Below, piece by piece: positions 11,889 to 23,198 of a stretch of DNA of 64,000 nt. Numbering within the stretch: the stretch's first letter is position 1; the number at the start of each line of letters is the position of its first letter. Position numbers and translations under genes: made by a program. The DNA is from an uncultured Hormoscilla sp. (GTDB lineage: Bacteria > Cyanobacteriota > Cyanobacteriia > Cyanobacteriales > Desertifilaceae): assembly GCA_963921275.4 (NCBI GenBank), contig OZ001293.3, positions 4,544,001 to 4,608,000 on the forward strand, read 5' to 3'. The notes under the pieces are model-generated. The model did no database searches and was not told where the DNA came from. It saw nothing but the letters and a program-made list of their open reading frames with translations.

Positions 11889-13664
11889 CTAATCAATTTT
11901 CACTTCATAGATATTCCAGAGTCCCCAACTAGGCAGTCCCGAGTATTTTAACCCCGTGACCCGATCGCGCACTGCCATCATCGTCACTTCATTCACCAAG
12001 AATATCAGAGGTAGTTGCTCCTGGACGAGCTGCTGAAACTCCGCATATATCTTTTTGCGCTTTTGTTCGTCTAACTCCCGAGCCCCTTTGACAAACAGTC
12101 GGTCTATTTCCCGTTCCCAGTCGGAAACTTGCCAAGCTTGAATGGATGTTTCTCCTGGTTGCGGTCCTTGATTGAACAGATGGGAACCGCCGCTGCTGGT
12201 CCAAAGATTGGCGCCATTGTGCGGTTCTACCCCACCCGTAAAACCGATTATATGAGCTTCCCAATCCCTGGTATTGGTCAACTTGCTGACTAGGATGTTG
12301 AAGGCGATCGGGCGAAAATCCACCTGTATGCCTATTTTACCCAAATCTTGCTTGACCTGCACCCCGATCGCCTCGCGAATTTTATTTCCTGCATTTGTCA
12401 GCAGGATAAAGCACACCTGATTTCCCTGGCTATCCAACAGTAACTCTTGTTTGTCATACTGGAATCCTGCCGATCGCAGCAACTCTTGCGCCTTTTGCAG
12501 ATTGTATTCATAAACCTGTAACCCCGCTTCGGGAGAGAGAAAGTAAGGACTTTGCACGGAAACGGGAGAGTTTTCCCGGACCCCTATGCCGCGAAAGATG
12601 TTATTTACCATCCGCTGGCGATCGAGTGCATAAGCAACGGCCTGTCTAAATTCTTTGCTATGAAACCAGCGCGACTTAACGGGGTCTACAAAGGGTTCTC
12701 CCCTTTCATTTTTAGCTTGATTAAGATTGAACGCCATAAAGGTCGTACTCGAGGATGGTCCGCCAATCTTAATCGTAAACTTGCCTTGCTTTTCCTCGCG
12801 CTTGAGCAAAGAGAAATATTCCGGACGCAGGGGACGGGAATCTCCCATAATATCTAATGTCCCCGATCGAAATTGCAGCAGTTGGGTTTCCGTAGATTCT
12901 ACCACTTGCCAGACAATCCGGTCAATGTAGGGAAGTTGATTGCCCTTTGCATCTTGACCCCAGTAATAAGGATTGCGGGTAAAGATTACTCGTTCGCTTG
13001 GATTATAACTTTCTATTTTGTAAGGACCGTTGACTACAATCTCTGATGGTTTCGTACCCGTATGCCAAGTGGAAGTAAACTGCGGATTTCCTTCCCCATC
13101 CAGAGAAAGCACTGATTTTTGTAGCACATGTGCTGGTAAAATGCTCACTCCAGTCGCTCTCAAGAAGGGCGCAAAGGGTTCGGGAAGGGTAAATTCCACC
13201 AGGCGAGGATCGCCCAGTTTTCTGACTGTAGGAAATGAGCGCTTTTCCCCTATGCGCCCTATGCGCAAGGGCTCTTTAGCATCCGTAGGAATGTCCGGGT
13301 TAAAGACCACCTGTTTGTAGGTAAAGACAACATCATCCGCTGTCAGGGGTTGACCATCTGACCATTTTAATCCTTTTCTGAGGGTAAAAACAACCCGTTT
13401 ACGATCTGGGGATATTTCCCAAGATTCTGCTAAGGCGGGTTCTATTTTTCCCGTGATGCCATTTTCCTTAGTCAACCCCTCAAAGGTGAAGAGGAAAACA
13501 TTCGGAAATTCCTGATTCAATGCCGGGTTAAAGGTTTTGGGGTCCCCCAGGGTAGCAAGCACCAGTTGGGATTTTCTAGGTATTTCCCGTGGAGTGCAGC
13601 TGACGATACTCAGCTGGGTAATCACGATTAAAGCGATCGCGCCTATAATTTTTTTTATCCCCAT
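11889..13664 (-). CDS. Peptide/nickel ABC transporter substrate-binding lipoprotein (family 5)
   Basis: Lipobox IVSC, PALAESWEIS, LKWSDGQPLTADDVVFT. Confidence 0.92.
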   Translation of the reverse strand: MGIKKIIGAIALIVITQLSIVSCTPREIPRKSQLVLATLGDPKTFNPALNQEFPNVFLFTFEGLTKENGITGKIEPALAESWEISPDRKRVVFTLRKGLKWSDGQPLTADDVVFTYKQVVFNPDIPTDAKEPLRIGRIGEKRSFPTVRKLGDPRLVEFTLPEPFAPFLRATGVSILPAHVLQKSVLSLDGEGNPQFTSTWHTGTKPSEIVVNGPYKIESYNPSERVIFTRNPYYWGQDAKGNQLPYIDRIVWQVVESTETQLLQFRSGTLDIMGDSRPLRPEYFSLLKREEKQGKFTIKIGGPSSSTTFMAFNLNQAKNERGEPFVDPVKSRWFHSKEFRQAVAYALDRQRMVNNIFRGIGVRENSPVSVQSPYFLSPEAGLQVYEYNLQKAQELLRSAGFQYDKQELLLDSQGNQVCFILLTNAGNKIREAIGVQVKQDLGKIGIQVDFRPIAFNILVSKLTNTRDWEAHIIGFTGGVEPHNGANLWTSSGGSHLFNQGPQPGETSIQAWQVSDWEREIDRLFVKGARELDEQKRKKIYAEFQQLVQEQLPLIFLVNEVTMMAVRDRVTGLKYSGLPSWGLWNIYEVKID

Positions 13665-13718
13665 TCTCTATTCTCCATTCTCCCTCATTCCCTGGATCCC
13701 GCCTGGGAACGTCATTCC

Positions 13719-15509
13719 CTATTCTACAATTTGCAGTTCGTGAATGTTCCAGAATGCACCCCCAAGGGCGGAGTATTTGATTGGTTGAACGCGAGCGCGC
13801 ACGGCAGTCATGGCCAAAGGATTAACCAGATAGATAAAGGGCAGATTTTCCTGAGCGATCCGTTGAGTTTTGGCATAAATTTCCTTGCGCTTTGCTTCAT
13901 CCAGTTCCCCAGCACCTTTAATATAAAGCCGTTCGATTTCCAATTCCCAGTCAGAAACAGTCCAACCATCTATAGGAGGTTGACCCTCTTGGGGGCCCAT
14001 ATTAAAAGTATGCAACCCACCTTCAGTTAACCAGAGATTTGCTTCCGCATTCGGTTCCACGCCACCGCCACCAATAGCGCCAATGTAACTGTCCCAGTTT
14101 CGCTGACTGTAAACTTTGTCTATGAGAGTATTAAAACTGATGGCTGTGAAGTCTACCTGCATGCCAATTTTACCCAAATCTTGCTGAATTTGCACCCCGC
14201 TCGCCTCCCGGAGTTTATTGCCAGCATTAGTCATTACTGTAAAGCGGACCCGATTTCCCTGGGCATCAAACAACTCTCCTTTCTGATTATACTTAAATCC
14301 TGCCGATCGCAGCAACTCCTTAGCTTTTTGAGGGTCATAGTCATAAACCTTCAGACCTTGTTCGGCACCAATATAGTAAGGACTTTGCTTGTAAATGGGG
14401 GAAATTTGCGGTTCTCCCAGTCCCCGGTAGACATTGTTAATCATTTTCTGGCGATCGATCCCGTAAGCAACCGCCTGTCGGAATTCTTTGGTATTAAACC
14501 AGCGGGACTTCATTAGGTCTACAAAGGGTTCGCCTTTTTGATTTCTTGCTTGATTGAGATTGAACACCAAAAATGTCGTAGTCAGGGTCGGGCCGCCGAG
14601 ATAGATAGTAAACTTGCCTCTATCTTCTTCTTGCTTCAGCAGAGAGAAATATTCGGGGGAGACGCTGAGGGAGTCCAACCCGCCAGAACGAAATTGCAGA
14701 AAGGAGTTATCTGTTGATTCGACAATTTCCCAGGCCACTCGCTCGATGTAAGGCTGAGAATTGCCCTCCTCGTCCTGACGCCAGAAATAGGGGTTACGGC
14801 GAAAAGTCACTCGTTGACTGGGAACATAGCTCTCCAGAGTATAGGGTCCATTGCAGATAATTTTAGCAGGATCGGTATCCGTTCCCCAGGTAGAGAGAAA
14901 CTTCGGGTTTCCCTGAGAATCATAACTGTATACTGATGCTCGCAAAGCATGGGCGGGTAAAATCGGCACCCCCGTGTTGCGCAAAAACGGAGCAAAAGGT
15001 TGAAGGACAGTAAATTCTACCCGCCTGTTATCCAATTTTCTCACAGTCGGGAGCGCCCGTTCTTCACCAATTTTGAGAATGTCTCTGATATCCGTGGGAA
15101 TTTTTTCGTTTAAGTAGATATCATTGTAGGTAAAAACTACATCATCTACGGTCAGAGGCTCTCCATCCGACCATTTCAGTCCCGATCGCAGGGTAAAAAC
15201 AATCCGCTGATTATCTTCCGAGATTTCCCAAGATTCCGCTAAAGCAGGTTCAATTTCCCCCGTGATGCCATTTTGACCGACTAACCCTTCGTAAATCAGC
15301 CCAAAAACATTTGGTGCGCCTTGACTGAGGACATAGTTAAAGCTATTGGGGTCGCTCAGAATGCTCTGCACCAAACGGGGTGTTTGAGCAGCTGCGGTTG
15401 TGAAGTAGGTCGGGTTGCAACCGCTAAGGGCGATCGCCGTTATCAATGCCAGAATAACCGTAAGTAAAGAACGCAATTTTTTAAACATCATAGTCAAGTA
15501 TATCGTCAT
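13719..15509 (-). CDS. Peptide/nickel ABC transporter substrate-binding lipoprotein (family 5), tandem paralog
   Basis: Lipobox LSGC; same family-5 motifs. Confidence 0.92.
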   Translation of the reverse strand: MTIYLTMMFKKLRSLLTVILALITAIALSGCNPTYFTTAAAQTPRLVQSILSDPNSFNYVLSQGAPNVFGLIYEGLVGQNGITGEIEPALAESWEISEDNQRIVFTLRSGLKWSDGEPLTVDDVVFTYNDIYLNEKIPTDIRDILKIGEERALPTVRKLDNRRVEFTVLQPFAPFLRNTGVPILPAHALRASVYSYDSQGNPKFLSTWGTDTDPAKIICNGPYTLESYVPSQRVTFRRNPYFWRQDEEGNSQPYIERVAWEIVESTDNSFLQFRSGGLDSLSVSPEYFSLLKQEEDRGKFTIYLGGPTLTTTFLVFNLNQARNQKGEPFVDLMKSRWFNTKEFRQAVAYGIDRQKMINNVYRGLGEPQISPIYKQSPYYIGAEQGLKVYDYDPQKAKELLRSAGFKYNQKGELFDAQGNRVRFTVMTNAGNKLREASGVQIQQDLGKIGMQVDFTAISFNTLIDKVYSQRNWDSYIGAIGGGGVEPNAEANLWLTEGGLHTFNMGPQEGQPPIDGWTVSDWELEIERLYIKGAGELDEAKRKEIYAKTQRIAQENLPFIYLVNPLAMTAVRARVQPIKYSALGGAFWNIHELQIVE

Positions 15510-16163
15510 CTAAGTTTGAGATTGTAGCCAACCCAGGAAATCTTGAGTCCGACTGAAATAATGACTCACTCCCGCCTGACGCAAGGCTTCTCGAACTTTC
15601 GGCGTACCTGTGTCCCTCGGGAGCGCTACTCGCACTACCCGAGGGACACAGCAAAATCATTAACATTGCCACTCAGGAACACATTCACTTCGGTAGGGCG
15701 ATTGCGGGCGTGTCCCAATATACAGTGTAAAATCAAGTTGTCTGTACGGTCTTGAATGATAGTTTGACTCACGCTTGACTGTAGCATCTCGCTAGTTAAG
15801 GCTATTAGCTCTACTTGACTTGCTATCTGGTTAAATGCTTGAAATAGATGCGCCTCAGTTTCTCCAATTAGCATCTGATTATCATCGCGAACCAGTCGTA
15901 AATGGAAGAGGATAGACTGGGCCGCAGGCGAGATCCGATTTCGCTGTGCCCGGCTGTGCCCGGTTGATTTGAAGATCCAGTTCTTGCTCAAAAATTTTCC
16001 GAGACTTTTCCTCCTGTTCTAACACCGATAAAGCTTCCAGACAGCAAATGCATGGAATTGCTATCTGGACTGACTCTGGAGGGTTTTGCAGTAGAGTCAA
16101 TGCTTCGGGGTCGCGTCCTGTGGCAATGCTCATCAGGAAGTTAGTTTCTATGTAGAATATCAA
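15510..16163 (-). pseudogene. PIN-domain protein, broken by a frameshift and a hairpin insertion
   Basis: MIFYIETNFL...DRTDNLILHCIL...FLSGNVNDF; short duplication near 15945-15962; hairpin at 15609-15650. Confidence 0.7.
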
Positions 16164-16722
16164 TTCTAATCTCCACATCTGATTTTGTCTGTCCACTGGA
16201 GAGCAGCGGTAATAAACCGATCGCTTCCATTTGTTCTGTTGCTGGAGGTATTTCTGACTTCCAGCGATAGGCCAAGTCATCCAGCCACGATTCTACTTTT
16301 CCCACAAGGTAGCTAGCATTCAAGTAGTAGGGCGACTTCTCCTTGTTGCCAATTTCCGGGTCATAACGACAAAGCACGTCTACTACTTTCAGCGTGCAAA
16401 TTGGTTCGTACAGATTTGCACTGTCTATAGCATATATCTGAATCTATTCTTTGTCAACCATCATCCCAAAGGGAATTACCCCTTGAGCTGCTTTCATGTA
16501 GCCAATGAACTCCTCTTTGTCCAGTTGCGTTATCTCTCTCCCTTGGGATTTAATTAACATGACGATTCTCTCCTCAGAGTCGATCTCCACGCTTTGAAAG
16601 ACCCGGCGCAGGGCGATTTCCCATTGAGGCGATCGCCCCTCTATCCCATTTGACGTGCTTGTTGCAGGGAGAACAATACGGAATTTAGTTCGCCTCGCCG
16701 CTTCATAATAAGTTTCAATCAT
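16141..16722 (-). pseudogene. Frameshifted paralog of the 17140-17702 hypothetical protein
   Basis: ORFs 16444-16722 and 16141-16377 match the two halves of the upstream paralog. Confidence 0.8.
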
Positions 16723-16769
16723 CTTCTCTCCTCATTGTTGATGGGCAGAATTAAATTATCCGTACTATC

Positions 16770-17162
16770 CGTAATAATAGTTTGGCTCCTGCTTAACCGT
16801 AGCATCTCAGTATTTAGCGCAATTAACTCAGCCTTTGTCTCAATCATGCTTTGGGCTTCAAACAAACTCGACTCTACATCCTAGCGCCTCATTCTCCGTG
16901 CCATCCTGTCGTAAGTGGAACAATAGAGACCGTGAGGTGAAATCAGATTTCGCTGTGCCTGGTTTATTTGAACGTTGAGCTGTTGCTCGAAACTTTTGCG
17001 AGACTTTTTATCCTGTTCTAATACTGATAATGCTTCCAAGCAGCAAATGCCCGGAATCGCTATTTGCACCGATGCTGGTGGGTTTGCCAGCAGAGTCGCT
17101 GCTTCCAGGTCACGTCCTGTAGCAATGCTAATCAGGAAGTTAGTTTCTATGTAGAATATCAA
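16770..17162 (-). pseudogene. PIN-domain protein paralog, truncated
   Basis: IFYIETNFLISIATGRD...CCLEALSVLEQ; 3' boundary approximate. Confidence 0.65.
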
Positions 17163-17702
17163 TTCTAATCTCCACGTCTGTTCTTGTTGTACCACCTTCT
17201 AGCAACGGCAACAAGCCGATCGCTGCCATTTCTTTTGATGCCGGAGGGATTTCCGACTTCCAATTATATGCCAAGTCATCCAGCCATGATTCTGCCCCAC
17301 TCAGACCATAGGGGGACTTCTGCCTTTTGCCAATTTCTGGATCGTAACTGCTTAGCACATCTACCACTTTTACCGTGCAAATTGGTTCGTACACATTGGC
17401 ACTGTCTATAGCATAAATATGCATATCCTCGGAGTCAATCATCATTCCAAAGGGAATTACACCTTGAGATGCTTTCAGGTAGCCAATGAAATTCTCTATG
17501 TCCAGCAGGGTTATCTCTCTAACTTGGGCTTGTATTAACATGACGATTCTCTCCTCTGAGTCGATCTCCACGCTTTGAAAGACCCGGCGCAGGGCTATTT
17601 CCCATTGAGGCGATCGCCTCTCTGTCCCATTTGACGTGCTGGTTGCAGGGAGAACAATACGGAATTTCGTTCGCCTCGCCGCTTCATAATAAGTTTCAAT
17701 CA
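17140..17702 (-). CDS. Hypothetical protein whose stop overlaps the start of a PIN gene
   Basis: Open ORF; start inferred from the paralog (MIETYYEAARRTKFR). Confidence 0.65.
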
Positions 17703-17986
17703 TTTTCTCTCCTAATTGCTGATAGTAATATTCTATCATATTCTGTTAGGTTTGATGTCGCTGATTCCAGGTGACGTATTGTAGCAATGTAGAATATCAA
17801 TTCTCAATGGCTTCGATCGGATTAGATATGTTTTTTTCAACATTGATGACCGATGATAATAATGTCTGAAAATTTGTGTTTTTCAAACAAATAACATATT
17901 TAAAATAATTACAATTGACGTTCATTTAATTTTAATTTTGAACAGGATTTATTATTATCTATGCTAGCTAAGAGTTGTGCGTATGC

Positions 17987-18169
17987 TTAGCAAAAGATAC
18001 ATGAGCTAAAAAAATTGTCCTGTACTGAGACCGCTGCTACTTGGGGAAATAACCAGCTATGGGGCACTGCTTCTACCTGAATGATGTTTTTTGGCAGTTC
18101 ATACGCCTCCAAACCTCCCCAACGTTTGGCTATTATCCCCCGCTGACCGCACTTTACGGGTGTGGTCAT
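17987..18169 (-). pseudogene. UDP-glycosyltransferase (family 1/28-like) fragment
   Basis: VEAVPHSWLFPQVAAV motif. Confidence 0.6.
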
Positions 18170-18224
18170 GCATTTGTTGGCAACCGATCCCCCCCAGCCC
18201 CCCTTAAAAAGGCTATGCCTTACT

Positions 18225-19054
18225 CACATATTTCTTAACATTTGTCAGGGAGTGGAGGAGGGCTTTCAAGGGTATGTTTTTAAGATTCATCCAGGATCAG
18301 GGTCAAACTCGGGGTACAAACCGCCTGTTGGTAGAGGTAAGCCCTTAATCACTGCTGCCAGCATAATCAGAAATCCCCGTGCTCTTTCAGCTCAACAAGC
18401 GAGTTGGATTCGAGGTATAGGTTTGGCCAAAGGGATTCAAAGGTTTTTGTGGTTCAAGGCTGAGATTGCTTCCTGGCTCAGGGGCGTCAAGCGCTAAACT
18501 GCTTGGCATAATTTGAGAATCTGCCTTTCCCCCCACACTGACCAACCATAAAGTGGCTACGGCAATGGCTAACCAAAGCCGTTCGGCTCGGGAGGGGTCG
18601 GTCCGGAATGGTGTGATGCCACCCAAAACCACCGCCCTTGAAATCCTTGAACAGACATTCTATCCAACTACCCATGGCATACCAATAAATGTTAGCCTCG
18701 TCGGGAGTTAAATCTGTCAAAATCAACCACGGCTCGCTGTAGCCGGAATCCCATTGGGCTAAAAGAGTACAGTCCAAGGAATGGGTTTTGAGACAGGTGA
18801 CCAGACCCGCCCAACTTTGTCCAACTTCTGTAATCAGTTTCTTCAGTGGCCAAAAATCACTTTCTGCTTGTAGACGATATTGACCTTGATCGTTAATGCG
18901 CTATTTAGGATGCCATTGCAGAGCAGTAATCGCTTCATACATCCACTTGGCATACAACCCTCTATCTGTGGTGACAATCACAAACCAATCATCTCTTACC
19001 CCAGCGAGAGAGAACTTCAAACAGCGCACAAACATGAGGTTTCCAACTGCCAAG
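18225..19054 (-). pseudogene. IS4-like transposase remnant
   Basis: VIVTTDRGLYAKWMY, EPWLILTDL, WIECLFKDFKGGGFGWHHT, RAERLWLAIAVATLW. Confidence 0.75.
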
Positions 19055-19208
19055 ATTAGGGGTCTCCCTGGGAATCGCTTCCCAACCCTCCCGTTCGGAA
19101 CCGGACTTGCGACTTTCACCGCATCCGGCTACTGGGTAGTAGGCCCTTGTCATTGGTAGGATTACTGGGGATTACTCCCGTTGTCCCTTATCTCATACAA
19201 TTTGGTGC
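19055..19208 (-). ncRNA. Group II intron 3' fragment (pre-DV motif, DV, DVI)
   Basis: Reverse complement reads AGCCGGATGCGGTGAAAGTCGCAAGTCCGGTTCCG; closely similar to the 3' end of the intron at 36555. Confidence 0.85.
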
Positions 19209-19357
19209 CCATCATCCCGTCCGAAGTGCAACGCCAACTAATTATAGCGTTTGTCAGATAGATGCGATCCGCTCTGCGATCTATCTGAATACGGGTGTGG
19301 TCAAAACCAGTTGGTAAAGAAAAGGTAAAATTATGACGATTTCACTGGTTGATAAAC

Positions 19358-20870
19358 GGTTCCCGCCCGGATTTGTATTATAAATAATTACAGGTAACAC
19401 TAATTTTTTGTATTACATGCACTACCAATATAATACGACGAAAAGGCGGGAGCCTCCCACTTTGGCAATGAGTATAAATACTCGTGATTTCTGTCCTATA
19501 CATTTGTGCAAATTTCCTTCCGTTGGGAGATGGCGGCGCTGAGTCCTTGCAGGGTAAGGCTTTGCTCTCATCGACCAGTTGCACAACTCCCGCAGCGGCA
19601 AGCTAAGCGAGAAAAAAAGTTATTCTGGTAATATGGAAAAAATATCCACGGTAGAGCAGGCTACATGACCCCAGAAGAAAATCAAAAACTTAAATACCAT
19701 CTCAAAGAATTATCAAAACTCCTCTATGCAGACACAAGAGCATCTTCAAGACTTTGAAAGCAGAGAAAATGGTAGTCAGAAGCATTTACTTAATACAGTT
19801 GGACCAGAAATAGGAATTTTTTTTTGCTGATGGTGAGCCGGAGAAACCGGGCCGCAAGAGGCAAGTCCCGGACCATGTGAGTGGCGAGATTACAAAGCGG
19901 TCAGCCTACATGGGGAGGTGTGTGGAGCTTACTTTCAGGATAATGTTGCCCTCGTGGAGTGGGTTAAGCAACAGCCCTTCACGGCTTTGGGAGATGGTCA
20001 CTCTGGGCATTTGGAACATTATTGCCCAATTGCTGCTAGCTCATGGCAAACGTGAAGTTCTTGATTGGTATCATTTGGTAGAGAATATCTATAAAATTGG
20101 CGGTTCCAAGAAGCGTTTGAGGCAAATAAAATCATCTCTGTGGCGAGGCTTTATTGATGAAGCCTTAGAGTTGTTAGCTACTTGTAAAGGACCGCAAGTA
20201 CAGAACTTGCGCACTTATCTAACTAAACATCAATCTAGGATTGTCAACTACGACATTTATTAATCTTTGGGAATTCCGATTGGTTCTGGAGAGGTTGAGT
20301 CTACGGTCAAACGCATTGCCTCTCGTCTCAAGCTCTCTGGGGCACAATGGCGAAGGGAAGTCAGTTAACCAAATGCTTCGCTTACGCTGTGCTTATCTTA
20401 ATGGCGTACCCTAAGTACAATTACTTAGGGTAAAACTGGGATGCTCCAAAAAGGCTCCCGCCCGGATTTGTATTACAAATAATTACAAGTAACACAAAAT
20501 TTTAGGATTACGTGCGCTACAATGTAATCGGTCAGAACGGCTTCCGCCCGAATTTGAATTACAAAAATTATATGTAGTATATTTTAGGATTACGTGCGCT
20601 ACAATGTAATCGGTCAGAACGGCTCCCGCCCGGATTTGCATTACAAATAATTACAGGTAACACATATTTTAGGATTACGTGCGCTACAATGTAATCGGTC
20701 AGAAAGGCTCCCGCCCGGATTTGTATTATAAATAATTACAGGTAATACGAAGTTTTAGGATTACGTGCGCTACGATGTAATCGGTCAGAAAAGCTCCCGC
20801 CCGGATTTGTATTATAAATAATTACAGGTAATACGAAGTTTTAGTATTACGTGCGCTACGATGTAATCGA
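19358..20870. repeat. ~85-bp tandem repeat: one unit at 19358 and five units at 20453-20870, separated by an IS
   Basis: GGCTCCCGCCCGGATTTGTATTACAAATAATTAC...GGATTACGTGCGCTACAATGTAATCGGTCAGAA. Confidence 0.9.
19448..20448 (+). mobile_element. Degenerate ISKra4-family element
   Basis: Inverted ends GGAGCCTCCCACTTT / AAACTGGGATGCTCC; AAAAGGC on both flanks; REVLDWYHLVEN, IGSGEVES. Confidence 0.8.
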
Positions 20871-21167
20871 TCAGCGTCGATCACGTAGCGAAGCGTGTGC
20901 GCGCAGCGCAATCCTTTTGGCCAGGATATTAGAATAACGTCCCTGAAAGTAGGGCGGAGTCGGGGGGTCGATCGGGAAGTCGATCCCTAAAGTCGGCTCT
21001 AACGGCTGCACGAATGTCGTGACCCGAAGCTGGTTGCCCGGATCCGAGAGGCTGTCCCCAAACACGTAAAGCTTACTGAAACTTTCCGGTGCGTCGGAGA
21101 TCGGCAACATCTCTTCGGAGAGGTCATTTTCTGTGACTGGCATAGTTCTGATCATATTTTTCAGCAC
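20871..21167 (-). pseudogene. SGNH/GDSL hydrolase N-terminal fragment
   Basis: FSKLYVFGDSLSDPGN...PPYFQGRYSN, then truncated. Confidence 0.75.
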
Positions 21168-21249
21168 AAATCCTAGTTTTTTAGATTCGATGGCGGCGAT
21201 CGCCCCGGTATCTTTATGCTAATATTAGCATAAACCATAACCTAAGATA

Positions 21250-21717
21250 ATGGCTACTAACAAAATCAAGATTGCTAAAGACAAGGCTGATTTAGTGAAA
21301 GCCTTACTAGACGAGAGCGAGACCACCGGACCATTCCAGACCTATGCTGATGTGATGGCCTTTGCCGCCGCCTTGGGGGCCAAGCGGAAAAAGCGATCGC
21401 CCCTGGGAGCAGTTGCAAAAAAAGAACCGGGCCCGATCGGACTGGAAATATTTGCCTCCAGAGGATATGATGTGATGATGAAATTACTGGCGATCGTGGA
21501 AACCTAAGACCCCAAAATCCTCTCTTCATGCGACCCAAAATATGAGTCACAACGCATCCAAATATTTGAAGAATATGCCAATGGCGGACTAGAAGTATTG
21601 CGAGAAGAATTGCGGGGTGTAGTAGATTATACCGAACAACTTTTATTGATTATGCAAGCTGAACGGGATAAACCACAGCAGTCAGAACAGGAATTCGATT
21701 TAAGCAGATTTCTTTAG
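21250..21717 (+). pseudogene. DNA phosphorothioation-associated protein 4-like, one in-frame stop
   Basis: IKIAKDKADLVKAL...FQTYADVMAFAAALG; frame continues after the TAA to IFEEYANGGLEVL...FDLSRFL*. Confidence 0.75.
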
Positions 21718-21809
21718 GCTGGCGAATAGTGAGCGGTGCCCACCCGACAGCTTCCGATTACCCACATTGTTATTGTGATATAATCGGATATTAACCCGCC
21801 TGGGAGGAA

Positions 21810-22994
21810 GTGAAAGTTGAGGAGGAGTCTATATTTGTGAATATCGGTCAATGGCTGGGCTTTTTCAGTTTAGTTTTATCCCTATATATTCTCTGGGAAA
21901 TTAGACATATTATTTTGCTGGTATTTACAGCCGTAGTATTAGCAACAGCATTAAATCGTGGCGTGCAGCGGTTACAGAGATATACTCCTTTGAGCCGTAA
22001 CATGGCAGTTATCTTGATGATGATCTGTACCCTACTGTTTTTCGTGCTGTTTTTTTGGCTAGTTGTGCCACCCTTTATCGAGCAAATTCAAAGCTTGATC
22101 GACCTATTACCTAACGGGTTGAAACGCATTGGCATCCTGCTGGATGAATTGAGTCGTAACCGCCCGGAGTGGATGCCAGAACCGCCAGACCTTTCCAATT
22201 TAATCCAAGAATTACAGCCCTTTGTCACTCAGCTGCTGGGGAACTTTTATGCTTTTTTCTCCAATTCCCTGATTGCGGTAGGTCAACTGTTGCTAGTGAT
22301 TGTGCTGACAATTATGATGTCGATCAATCCCCAGGCATACAGAAAGATATTTGTGCGGCTGTTTCCTTCCTTCTATCGCCGCCGGGTAGATTATATTCTC
22401 TCTGAATGTGAAGAGGCGTTGGGAAACTGGTTTGGAGGCATTGTCATCAATTCGCTGTTTGTTGCTACTACCTGTGGCATCGGTTTGTGGTTATTAGGAG
22501 TAAAGTTAGTGCTAGCTCATGCTCTCTTAGCTGGGTTATTCAACTTTATTCCTAATTTTGGACCCACCTTAAGTGTGATCTCCCCGCTGACAGTCGCCCT
22601 TTTGGACAAGAATCCTCTGGGAAAGGCAGGTGCTGTATTGATTCTGTATGTGGTGATTCAGAATATTGAGAGCTACTGGCTGAGTCCTACTGTCATGCAG
22701 AAAAAGGTTTCCCTACTCCCTGCTGTAACCCTGTTAGCTCAAATCACATTTACCGCCTTTTTCGGTCCCCTAGGGTTGATCTTAGCATTGCCCCTAGCTG
22801 TTGTTGCTCAAACCTGGCTCAGAGAAGTATTGATCGAAGATATTCTCGACAATTGGACTGGTGACCAGGATGCAACCCCTTCGACCGAAAGCGATTTTCC
22901 CAGTGAAACTGATACCCCGATCGCCGATTACCCTCAGGATCCACCTATTCCCAGTCCCGAGAGACAACCTAACCAAGCTAATGCTGAGTCGTAG
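21810..22994 (+). CDS. AI-2E family transporter
   Basis: Hydrophobic; LFNFIPNFGP, QNIESYWLSP, FGPLGLILALPL. Confidence 0.9.
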   Translation: MKVEEESIFVNIGQWLGFFSLVLSLYILWEIRHIILLVFTAVVLATALNRGVQRLQRYTPLSRNMAVILMMICTLLFFVLFFWLVVPPFIEQIQSLIDLLPNGLKRIGILLDELSRNRPEWMPEPPDLSNLIQELQPFVTQLLGNFYAFFSNSLIAVGQLLLVIVLTIMMSINPQAYRKIFVRLFPSFYRRRVDYILSECEEALGNWFGGIVINSLFVATTCGIGLWLLGVKLVLAHALLAGLFNFIPNFGPTLSVISPLTVALLDKNPLGKAGAVLILYVVIQNIESYWLSPTVMQKKVSLLPAVTLLAQITFTAFFGPLGLILALPLAVVAQTWLREVLIEDILDNWTGDQDATPSTESDFPSETDTPIADYPQDPPIPSPERQPNQANAES

Positions 22995-23198
22995 TCAGTT
23001 GTTAGTTGTTAGTTGTCAGTCAGTTGTTAGTTGTCAGTTGTTAGTTGTCAGTTGTCAAGCTAATAGCTTGATAGCTGATAACTGATGCCCCGATCGCAGT
23101 CTGTGAACAAACATGTTTGGGAGAATAAAATGCAGATTATATGTGAATAGTTGGGGCATGATTATCAGAAATACAAATTACTTGAATAGGAACTACTT

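Noticed and set aside
20453..20870. CRISPR array
   Set aside because: The variable parts are homologous to one another, not unique spacers, and no cas genes are in the window
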